From Raillietiella orientalis (taxonomy: Eukaryota), in the NCBI GenBank assembly GCA_036172245.1, contig JAYWIR010000024.1:1612001-1676000 (forward strand): a DNA stretch of 64,000 nucleotides. The letters are read 5' to 3'. A program made the position numbers and the translations under genes. The notes beneath the pieces were generated by a model. That model searched no databases and was not told the origin of the DNA. It saw only the letters and a list, made by a program, of their open reading frames with translations. Within the stretch, counting starts at the first letter, position 1. Every line of letters starts with the position of its first letter. Of the stretch, positions 1-11,000 are shown one piece after another.

Positions 1-708
1 AAGGAAGTAAAATGCCGCAATCTGCCCCCGGAATTGTCTTCCTGGTGCAAGACTTCTGCAAACCGTCGTATGGTCAATCCTGGATGGATCCCAAGGATCG
101 TCGGATCTTGAGTACGATGGCTACGGGAGCTGAATGTTCTCTCTCTGTATGCTGATAGAAGGAGGAAACTAACGACTTGCTGGAACATTCCGCATATTGG
201 GAACACTCACTGGACTCATCGTCTCGCACATCGGAGGCTCAGAAGTCTACCTTGAACGCTCACACTGCAGGAAAAATGCCAACGCCCACGGGAGTTTCAA
301 GACGACCTGGAAGTGGAAAACAGAAACCTCCGCCTCAACGAGGAGCGAAACACCGTAATTCCTTGAGGAAAAGATTGCCGATCCAGCATATCCTTTGTAC
401 GTTCTTCCTCCAAACTCTAAAAAAACAGTAACTGCATCCACGCTGAGCTTATTTTGTGTATCACTACATACGCAACATTACCCGACCCTACAAAGGTTTT
501 TGTACTGTACTTGACGTTTCTCAGGAGAACTCTCGATTAGTATGGAATAAATAAACAGACAGTAGATTGTTCTTTTTTTTTTTCGTCTGATTATCTGAAG
601 AAACACAGGAAACACAAAGTGCTTATGTTAAAAATTTCTTTTTTATGAAATGAATTGTTCGCTTTCGACTCAAGCGTTAGAAATATAGTTTAGAAAAAAA
701 AAAAAAAA

Positions 709-718
709 AACATGGCGG
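709..718 (+). promoter_or_regulatory. YY1/Pho-type motif AACATGGCGG after a poly(A) tract
   Basis: Exact match to AANATGGCGG (reverse of CCGCCATNTT) directly after a long A run, about 1.15 kb upstream of the ALG3 ATG. Confidence 0.25.
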
Positions 719-1860
719 ACCGTTTCACAGTTCTCATATTTTGAATTGCTATTGCCATTTCCAGTTATTGTTCAAGTTCTAAAGAAGAATTTTAGTAAAC
801 AAACGTAACATATATGAAAAAGAGGGGTATATATTGAAAATCATTGAAACGTCCAAATTTTCTTTCGGATTTGGAACAAAAAGTTTCAATTTCCCGAGTC
901 CCCAATTGAAAAAAAAAATCCCCAATTGCCCTGTAGTGAAATTAAAATGGAGAGACACCAAGGTTCAGAGAGCCTTCAATTGCGTTTTACTGTTACTGAT
1001 AAATTCCCCAATTGAGACCAGTGTCCATGAACAAAGCTCCTATTCCCTCTATGGACTTCAACCACACCTTCGATGAAAAAAATGGTGGGAACAAAATGTT
1101 CTCAACTTGCAACGACTGTATCAAAGAAATGCAATTTATGAGCAGACAGCTGCAGTTTGGAATATCTTTGGAATCTGAACGCCATGAGTGATCTTCTAAA
1201 CATGCAGCTATAAGTAATCTGTAAGGGATCTGACCTCTGGCCCTGATCGTCAGCTTTGATCTGGTTCCTAGCTTTGCAAAATTTGATACTTTGAGCTTTG
1301 AAATCTCCGGAAAAAATGTATTTACCTGTTTTAAGAGTTCATTAGCTAGGGCTGAATTGCCCGGAATATTTCTGTTACTGCTGGATGTGTAAATGGAAAC
1401 CTGTAGAGAGCATGCTTTTTTGCTCCAGTTTTCTGTGCCGTGTGGGTTTCCTGTTTCCGGGAACCGTCTCATTGCTCCCATGTCAGGTGACTTGCGTGTG
1501 ATAATTTCAGAAAGTTCTGAGGAAAAAAAAAAAAAAACCGAAGTTGGGGAATCCAAAAGCATGAAATTTCAATAGCAGACTGCTGAGTTGCTAAATATCT
1601 TTAACTCGGCAGGTAGTTTGGGAAATTGAGTCTTTTTTGCAGTGATTGCCTTTTTAGAGTACACAAACTTTCCCAGAGCCGCCTTTTTGGCATGTTAACG
1701 CGGGCAATTATCGGTTATCAGGAATATATCTGAGTTTGGATCAACCCCAGAAAAACACGCAGTGAAGTGAGTTATGATGCAAAGGTATGCTTGGCAGGAA
1801 AATGACATTTTGTGGTGTTTGTTAAGACACCTGCTCTGAAATCACTTGCGAAATCTTGCC

Positions 1861-3735
1861 ATGGCTGCAAAGAAGAAGAAGAATAAAATTATTTTTAATA
1901 ATAATTACGCCCTGTTTTTTACACTGAAGGAAAAGGCAATAAAAATATTATGTGATCCAGACTATTTATCAGTAGTAGCTTCTGTGTTGTTGATTGTTGA
2001 ACTATGTTTGAATTTCTGGATAATAAATCATGTGCCATGTAAGTGTTAATTGGGATGAATGAGAAGAGGTGCTAATGTGTGGTCTGTAACAAAGAAGGTT
2101 GTTGTGTCTTGCAAAGCAAAGGTTTTGCTAGAGTAAAAAAAAAAAATATATATCGGGGTCATGTTTTTTTTTATGTTACAGAATAATCACATTGTAGATA
2201 CTGAAATTGACTGGAAGGCTTACATGCAAGAAGTAGAGGGCTTCTTAAATGGAACAAGCGACTATACAAAACTAAAAGGTGATACAGGTCCCCTGGTTTA
2301 CCCAGCTGGGTTTGTGTACATATACAGTGGTTTATATTTCCTCACAGACCATGGACAAAATATCAAAGTTGCACAGGGTATTTTTCTTGTATTGTATTTA
2401 GCAACACTTGTTGTTGTTTTCAAAATATACAAAACATTCAAGAAGGTAGGCAGTGTGTTGTGTATGTTAGACGTAAATTTAGTTTTTTAAAAAAAATTAT
2501 CTTTCAATGAAAGGGAAAGCCGTTTTAAAACCCCAAACTGTAAAGTAAAACTTGTTTGTTTTTCACCTTGAATTGTAAGAGTAAGTAAATTAAAACGTAT
2601 CAGACGTATTATGTATCAGATCAGATCATCTTAAAATGACCCTTTCTATTGTTTGGGGTGGATCTTTTCACATAATATATCTCAACTGATGTGTTACAAC
2701 TGATTTATTGTATTTTCTTATGCAGATACCCCCTTATGCCCTGATTTTTGTGTGTTGCACTTCTTACAGAGTCCATTCTATTTATGTGCTCCGCCTTTTC
2801 AATGATGCATGGGCCATGTTTTTCTTATATACTTCTGTAAATTGTTTTCTGAATAGATACTGGACTGTTGGTTCCATGTTGTTCAGGTGAGTTCTATGGC
2901 AGTATTCTTACATGTTATACATCACTAGTGCAAGTTGAAAAATGAGTGTATCTTTACTATCCTTTCTATTAACTCGTACTTTTTGTTTATTACCAGTCTT
3001 GCAGTATCTATCAAGATGAATGTGCTGCTGTTTGCTCCTGCTCTGATGTTGATCTACTGCTGTTACCTCCACCTCAAGCAAGTGCTGTATCAGTTGCTGG
3101 TTTGTGCAGCCACCCAAGTAAGTCTCTTCAGAGTTCTGGATGCAAAATTATGTGAAATTCCAGGTTATCTTAGGTCTTCCATTTCTACTTTGTAATTTCA
3201 CCGGTTACATTCATCAGTCCTTTGATTTAGGAAGAGTTTTTCTGTATCAGTGGACAGTGAACTGGCGATTTGTTCCCGAATCCATTTTCTCTAGTAGTGC
3301 ATTTCACCTTTTTTTATTTGGATGCCATTTCCTTTCTCTGGTTCCATTCATTTGGTACCAGAAGAAGTTGTTGCTGAAGATAAGAAAGTCATCCAGTCAT
3401 TCTTTGAAACATATTTTACTGCCTCTATTCCTGTGCAACTTCCTTGGTGTGTGTTTTAGTAGATCCTTACACTACCAGTTTTATGTGTGGTACTATCACA
3501 GCTTGCTACTGCTTATGTGGTGTACATCATTTCCTGTGCCTTTCAGGTACGAACTATCTATTTGATTATTTGCCAATGTATTTGCAGATTTTGCTTGCTT
3601 GGAGTAATTGAATTTTGCTGGAATACGTACCCTTCTACTAACAGTAGTAGTCTTATTTTGCTTGCATGTCATCTTTCTGTTATTGCAGGCATTATTTGGC
3701 ATCAGTGGAGGTATCACATTCTAAAAAAGAGATAA
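1861..3735 (+). CDS. ALG3: Dol-P-Man:Man5GlcNAc2-PP-Dol alpha-1,3-mannosyltransferase (ALG3 / l(2)not homologue), 6 coding exons, 412 aa
   Basis: Exons 1861-2038, 2198-2445, 2726-2886, 2997-3117, 3164-3546, 3588-3735 joined at GT-AG sites give one open frame of 1239 nt ending TAA. It contains the ALG3 motifs [90 protein letters not shown] and [11 protein letters not shown]. Confidence 0.96.
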
Positions 3736-5101
3736 AAACCATCACTGAGCTGCATTTATTCATTTTGCCGAACGCTGTGGCCGTTTTACTTTTCCCAATA
3801 ATTGTACCTCCGGCTGATTCTTTAAATGTAAATCTCCCTGTTTAGCAAATGCAGGCATTTTGATTATCGATTTCTCAAACTTATGTGAAACTGCATGCAT
3901 ACCCAGCAGAAAGGTTTCTTCCTTTGAACTAGGAATAGGTCTTTGACAACAAAATAGTTTGCAACGATTTGCAAAATTACAGGCAGAGCTTTGCTGCACC
4001 AGCGCATCAGTTTGTTCTTATCTGCTGAACTTCAAGTGACATCCTTCGTGATTTTGGCTGTGTTACTCAGAAAAGTTTATCTCGCTGCTGCCAGGCTGTT
4101 TTTATGCTGAACCTTGTGATAAGCATCTCGAGAAACAACGTGTAAAATTACTGTTATCCAGACGTGTTGGAATGTTATAAGATTGCTCCTCAGCTTCAAT
4201 CTCAAAGATGCTGTTTAGCAAATGCATTTTGTATACGGATTTGGCCCTTTCGAGTATTTTTATTGAATGTTTTCCCGTTTTTTTGAAAGATTTTTTTTTT
4301 TTTTTTTAACTCGTTGGATTTTCCAAAACACGAATTCATTTGTCGTTTTCCTTCTGCTCCTCTTGTTTACGAAACAGTTCCAAATAAAAGTGTCCGTTTT
4401 TTTTTTCCTAGAAAGGATCTTTGTTGGACAAGATTGTTTTTATATGTGTGTACATATGCTGTCTGGTTATTGGTTCTTTCCTTGAATCACGTGAGAAAAT
4501 TGTACACGGGCGAGCTTTCATTTCAAAGTTTCCCTTCGTCGTGCATTTCCAGTGAAGACCTGTCTGGCCTTTTTATCGTTGCTGTTTGGCTGGGAGCGGA
4601 TCCGCGTCGAGCTTTTCCGAGGAAGTTCTGAGCAATCCGAGATCAGTTTCAGAATCGCAGATGTGTGCCCCCCCCCCCCCTTCCCCCCGTCAAGTTCGGA
4701 TTTCCCTCGCTCCGTTCCCTTGGCCTCATGAGGCATGCGAAAGCACTTTGGGTGTTTGCCTTTCAATGCCACTAGGCATCTCGGGAAGCTCCCGAAGCTG
4801 CACGTCTGCTGGGCGGGGGGAGTGTGCACGTTGCGTGGATACCGTGAAAGATTCTTTGAAGTAGCACGTGCTTCCGTGTAAACAAAGTTAACAAGTACGG
4901 GTTTGGAGGCGCGGAGGGGGGGGGGGACGTGCGTAGCCGATGTTTCCAGAAAACTTTGCCAGATCTTCCAGAGATCTTCGAAACGTAGAGGAAGCAGGGA
5001 GTCGCGTCACACGCCGTGGCGGTTCGGTTTGCAGTTATCGCTTCAGTTCTCTGCCTCGACTTCACTGCAGAATATGTTTCGGTTTGACACGCTTCATCAG
5101 A

Positions 5102-5137
<36 letters not shown>

Positions 5138-5662
5138 CCCCACCTCCTCCCAGTTCCTGCTCTGCGTTCTCTACTTTCTCCGGGTTGATCCCGGGTGCCC
5201 CAAAGTGTTTGCGGGGGCAGGGCCCCGCAACCCTCGCGGCCGGTGTTTATTCAGCAGCTTCCACAAACACTACCGGGCACTTTCGTAAATGGGTAAATCG
5301 CGCGTGGCAAGCTTATCAAAACAAGAGGATGGATTTTCCTGCGGATTTTCCTTTGCCACCGGAGGAGGACGCCACGAATGCCTTCCTGCATGGGGAGGCT
5401 GTGCTTGCGCGGTGCTGCCTGCTGCGCATGCGGCGTTATTCTGTTTGCTCGGGAGGCTGCACAGCAATCAGCTGTCGGGCGGGGCACATTTTCCATCGAT
5501 CTTGAGCAGAAAAAAGGTGAACTTTCTTTTCGGGGGGAAGAGGGGGGGGGAGGAGAGTGCGTGTGTTTTGCCTATGCGGCACGACACGCAGTACCACTTT
5601 GGGATTTGGTACATGTAGCAGTGCATGTGCTTGTATCAGCTGATCATCAGTGCATCGTATCG

Positions 5663-6403
5663 TTACTGCAACGTTTCATGCGCAGGCGCACGAGTGCCTT
5701 GAGCTTCAAAAGGTACACGGAGCAAAGTACTGAAGCTTGTGGGTCGGTACGGGTGGGCGGGCAGAGGGAGTTGGGGCCGCATCGCTGGCAGATCTGTTTG
5801 CATCTGGAAAATTTCCCGAATCAGAAAAAGCATTGCTCTGAACCTTGCTCTTCGTGAAAGGGTAAGATGACTTGAAAGGAATCTTCGCTGATAATGGAGA
5901 TGGCTTTCAGGTCGCGGAACGATGTTCAGCTTTCTTGCTGGAGGACTCCTCCGTCCTTGGAAACCGCCGGAATTCGGTGTGAATGCGTGGGTGCGTTGAA
6001 CGCGTGGTCGATCGAACCAAAGAGATGTTGACTGTGATTCTACGATTCCAACGTACTTAATGTCGGCGGGGGAAGGATGGCGAGAAAGACTGAAATTCCC
6101 GCACGCACGCGAGATGTTCTCGTCGTCTTTGCGGTCCATGCCGGGCGAGTGATGTCGTTGTTCACTGGCGTTTTCGTATCTTCTACGTGAATCCACAGTG
6201 ACGGGCGGAACAGTGTGCGGTATGGAACCTGAAATGAAGATTGCTTGTTTGCTTTGGTAGTTGGCGACGTAACTGGAAACGTGCCGCTTGTTTTTCGAAC
6301 CTCTGCTGGATTTGATTCCATTTCCATGGTAGCGTGACGGCTCTCGATTCTCTCTCTTGCACGCAACCGGGGTTTCTTTCCTCACGGACAAGTAGCTTGG
6401 CAA
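5663..6403 (-). mobile_element. Decayed L1/Tx1-like non-LTR retrotransposon ORF2 fragment (RT domains 5-7 and thumb)
   Basis: The ORF translation shows degenerate RT landmarks in the expected order: HVSSYVAN (~YADD region), RRYENASEQ (~YE.ASG), IKYVGIV (~KYLGI), FQGRRSPPARKLNIV (~W..R.LS..K) and PQLPLP. Recognised by eye only. Confidence 0.45.
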
Positions 6404-6699
6404 GTAGGTGTTCCTCGTAAGAAGGAGAAGAAGAAGAAGAAGAAGAAAAAAAAATGAAGGTAAAAAATGTTACCTTGGCAGTGGGACCGGGCGAGCCCAC
6501 AAAGCGAAGAGATTCCACTTCGAGACGAGGGCGCAGTGAACGAATCTTGGATTTCGTCGGCAGATTTGTGTGCAAAAAAAAACGAAATGCGCCGAACGGG
6601 TTTCCGCTACCGGTTCTCAAAAGCCTCACAGCCTCACAGCATTTTCACCAGCGAGGCCGTGTGGCAAAAACACGCACACGGAGAAAAGAGGCTGCAAAA

Positions 6700-7300
6700 G
6701 GCCCGCATTCTGTAACACTCTTGTGTTCATTCGCGTTTGCCAGCGAGCTGCTGATTGCCTTGAGCATTTAATGAAAGATTCAAGCAAAGTGACCACTTCC
6801 CGCTCTGCATCATCCGCTGCACAGTGCCCGTGAGCACTTTTTTTCTTCGTTCTCCTTGTCCACCCCCTGACTCTTCCTTGACCGTTTGCACGCTTCGTCT
6901 CTCCAGCATCCCATCTTTTCGCCAACTGTATGTTCTGTACGGTGATGAAGGAAACCTGTGCGTGGCAAGTAAAGAAGGAAACATCTTTTGGCAAACGTTC
7001 TGGCATTCGAACGGGAGATACATGATCCCAGCTGAGCATGACGATCCGCTCAAAAGATCCGTCCATTGGCTGCTTTGGTAATAAAACAGACTTTCTGTCT
7101 GCACAGAATTCTTTCGGGTTGCCTAAATAAGCGTCTCAGTTTGCACCTTTCGAAAGGTGAATTGCTTTGCATGGGGAGGCCGCCAGCAAGAAACCGTCCA
7201 CTGCCATTCGATCGAGTTGAGCTTGTGATGCCTTGGCCGCAGAGTTTTCGAGGTGTCCACGTCTCCGTCAGCGAAGCAGACGACTTTCCCTGCCCGCTGA
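6700..7300 (+). mobile_element. Possible decayed non-LTR RT fragment
   Basis: Degenerate LYGDEGNL (~LYADD), RLSLHLSKGELLCMG (~L.LN..K) and FRGVHV (~YLGV) occur in order across shifted frames. Boundaries are approximate. Confidence 0.3.
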
Positions 7301-7967
7301 TGTCTTCTGAGCACAGTCCAGCTCGCCTCGTGTTTTCGCACGGGAGCGACAGGGGTCACTGGGAAGATGACGGGGCAGTGTGCATCGAACAGAGGTGTTT
7401 CGTGCTCGACGAAGCGGGAAATCAAAACCCACCACCCCGCGTGTGGACTCGGCGTCGATCAAGGTGGTACTTCATCTCCCGTGTCTCCCCATCACTTTGT
7501 CGAATGAAGCCTTCGCGAAGTGACTTTGCGGTAGACCCGGCGTCTCCTGGATTTGCCTCTTCTTTTCTTTGAGTTCATCTGTCCACTCTGGATGTGCATC
7601 ATTTCTTGAAATTTTTTCCCCAAGGTAGCTGGAAAGCGCCAGCACTCCTTGCCCGCTCTTAGACCTCGAGAGTGCTCATGCTGGTCGTCTTCCCGTCTTC
7701 GGTAGACCACCACGCCTGGAGGCATTTCACGATGGAGTGACGGGAGTGACAAACGAAACCGAAGGCGAGGTGCTCCCGGGGTGGGGCCGGGTGGAGCGAC
7801 GGAAGGAACAATCCATCGTTTTCGGAGGACAGCCCTCTCGGCGAGGAGCAACGGCCGCGTTCCCCCTCCTTCTGCTCCCCTTCCGTGGCCGCCGCTGCCA
7901 CCGCCACCACCACCACCGACATTATCAGGAACGGCGTCCCGAGATACTGTCATCCCCACAACGTATC

Positions 7968-7973
7968 TTTATT
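7968..7973 (-). terminator. Candidate polyadenylation signal AATAAA of TPS-A
   Basis: The plus strand reads tttatt at 7968-7973, 32 nt downstream of the TPS-A stop codon. Confidence 0.5.
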
Positions 7974-8005
7974 GCCTGAAGAAATACACATCGGGGATTC
8001 GGATC

Positions 8006-11000
8006 TCACGCGGGATGGCTCTCTTTGCGGGCCAGCTTGCTTGGCGGTTCCTTCGCGAAGCTGGGGTCGCAGATGACGATGTCGTTCTCGTCCTGGGAGT
8101 GCTTCTTCGAGAGGGAGTTTGTGAGGGTCTTGGAGAGAGAGCTCGTCCGAGATCTGGTCTGCCCCGAGTTCATCTTCCTCTCGAGCCATTTGAGCATGGT
8201 AAGGACATCGTCGGTCCCGTAAAGGCGCCTGTTGGCCTGCGTCCTGACGGAAGGGTTGTGCGTGACGCGAAACGTCCAGGCGATCCCCTTGAGGGCCTGT
8301 ATGGACTCCTCGTCGATGGAGTCGTCCCCGGCGTAGATGACCTTCACTCGCTCGGCCCAGTCGAGGCCGTAGATGGTGCGCAGAATGTAGATGCACGCTC
8401 TGCCCTGGTCCCACTCGATTGGTGGCCTCGCCTGAACCGCGCACGCGGCGTCGCAGGCGAGGAGGCCGACCTCCAGTATCTTCTTTTTGACCTGCGCGAG
8501 CAGGGTCTTCTGCATGCTCGAAGGCACCTCGCGGACGTGGTAGCTTATGGAGACCCCCTTGTTTTCTAACCACGCCCCGTGATGGCAGTACTCCTCGAGG
8601 GTGGTCATCAGGCCATTGAGCTTTTCGTGCCACTCCAAGGGGACCGGATGGACGAACTTGGTGCCGTCGGGCTGCATGATTTCCAACCCGTTGATGCCGG
8701 CGTACGTGACGCCGTCCATGTCCACCATGGCCATGATGTCGGAGAGAACCCTTCCGGATATGATGGCGATGTGGACGTCGGGGTTGCTGCACAGCCTCTG
8801 GAGCACCCTCTTGGTCTCGCTGGGCATCAAGGCGAGCTCCGGGCGAGGGGCAAAGGGGGCCAGGGTCCCGTCGTAGTCCAGTAGGAGGAGGAGCTTGCAG
8901 CGCTCGTCCATGTAGTCGGAGAAGAAGAAGTCGAAGTCGTCTATGCTGAGCGGCTTCATCCGCAGGGCGGCGTGCGTCTCGTCCATGCCCGCCAGAGCGC
9001 GCATCTCCGCGAGAAACGACCTCATCCACCGATCGACGTCCCACTGCTTCTCTCTCAGCTGCAGTTGGTGCATGCGGACTGCCTTCTCGTCCTCTGTCAT
9101 TGTCAGTGCCCTGTGGATTGCCTCCGCCACCTCGTCTTTTTCGTACGGGTTGACCATCAGCGCCTCCAGCATGGTCTGGCCGGCTCCGGCGAACGGAGAC
9201 AGGATGAGCACTCCAGGTCGGTCCGTCTGGGAGGCGACGTATTCCTTGGCCACCAGGTTCATGCCGTCGCGCAGAGGGGTCACCAGGGCGACTGATGCGT
9301 CCCTGTAGTAGGCCGCCAGTTCCTCCTGCGTGACGCCCCGGAAGATGTAGCGGATCGGGGACCAATTGGGGGTGGAGAAGCGCCCGTTGATCTCCCCGGT
9401 CAGCTGGTCGATATCCTCCTTGAGGAGCTTGTATTCCTTGATGTCCGTCCGGGATGGCACGGCGATCTGCAGGAAGGTCACGTGTCCCAGGTGCTCCGGG
9501 TGCAGCTCTAGCAGCCTTTCGAAGCCCTTCAGGCGATGGACCAGCCCCTTGGTGTAGTCCATCCGGTCCACGCCGAGCACGACGCTGTTGCCCTCTTCCT
9601 TCTCGATGACCGGGGTGGCCGACCTCGCCAGCTTCGCGAACTGCTCGTAGGGGATGCCGATTGGCAGGGCGCGCACCTTGGTCGTCTTCCCGCCCAGCTC
9701 GACCAGCATCTGGCGGCGGTCCACACGGCATCCCAGGATCCTCTGGCAGCAGTCGAGGAAGTTCAGGCAGTAGTCCTCGATGTGGAACGCCACCAGGTCG
9801 CATCCTGGGGACGGGACCGGGGACGCCGCTGCAGACTCCCCGCGGGGTCAGGACTCCGGGATAAACCGCGCGCGAGCGCGCTCCCCCCTATGCCATGCTT
9901 CCTTCTTTCCTTCCCGGGGGTCCTCGGTAAAGTGGGGGTGGGTGGGGGGAAGAGAGAGAGAGAGATACTGATCCTTCCTCCTCCCTCTTCTCTCCGTCTG
10001 CTCCCTTCCGGAACATCCCTCGGGAAGAGCGCGTGATCCCGCCCCGGGGGGTCCGCCGCCGAAGGACCGACTCCCCGCGCTGCTCTGGAGCGCCCGGCTC
10101 GCTTCGCAGAGGCGTTACCGAGCATTCCCTGGAGAACCTCGTCGTCCCACGGGAAGATGCGGAAGATGTCCCACGGAGGAAACGGTATGTGCAGGAAGAA
10201 CCCTATCAGGAAGGGCAGGTTCCTCTCCTCCAGCTTCTGGAAGGAGGAGGGGAGGGGGAGGAGGTCGTGGTGGCTGCCATGCGGACCGCCGGGGCCGTGC
10301 TCACCTCCCGGAGGTTGCTGGCCAGGATCATCAGTTGGTAGTCGTGGATCCAGACGATGGGCAGACACCCCTCCGCCGGGCAGCTGCCTTGCATCTTGGC
10401 GCACGCCTCCAGCAGTTTGTCCGCGAACAGTTGGTTGACCTCGAGGTACGCCTGGAAGGAGGTGGAGGAGGAATGGAGGGCGGCAGCGGCCGCAACCGGC
10501 ATCTTTGTTCCCGTATCCCTCCCGCAGCCGAGGAGCCCTTCGGTTCCGGGTGGTTTCGACTCGAGACGGGTTCGGGATAAGGGAAGGAGAGAAGGGGGGC
10601 CGGCTGGCACTCCCTTTCATCCCAGGTGGGAAACGACCTGCAACTAGTCGGTCTTGGCCCTCTCTTTCCCCTCCTCCCTTTCCCCGAGAGGAAGGAGCAG
10701 TCGGGTGCAATCTGCGCCGTTCGCGAAGTTCCTGGATGCAGTCCAGGCAGGGAGGCTGCGAACGGGTCGAGGATCTCCCTGGTGGCGGCAGTGCCCGCGA
10801 GATGGTGCTGCGCGCTTCTCACCCGAGTTCTCGGGCACGCGCGCTCGCAGACGCGAGTGCAAGAGGGGAGGAAGGGCAAAGGAAGGAAAGGCAGAAAGCA
10901 AAAAAAATTATCTTGCAACAGGCGGAGTGACTCGTCTCCCGCGAGAGAGAGGAGAGCGTTCCTCGCAGTTATGGATGCCGAGTTATGGATGCTGAGCTTG

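Noticed and set aside
1..480. Possible exon(s) of a gene running off the window edge
   Set aside because: Some acceptor-like sites on the minus strand, but no recognisable protein in any frame.
993..1562. 189-aa minus-strand ORF divergent from ALG3
   Set aside because: Non-ATG start and no recognisable domain or consistent exon structure; cannot be supported without a search.
7950..9803. 617-aa alternative-frame ORF overlapping TPS-A exon 6
   Set aside because: Arg/Pro/Gly-rich off-frame translation of a GC3-rich exon.
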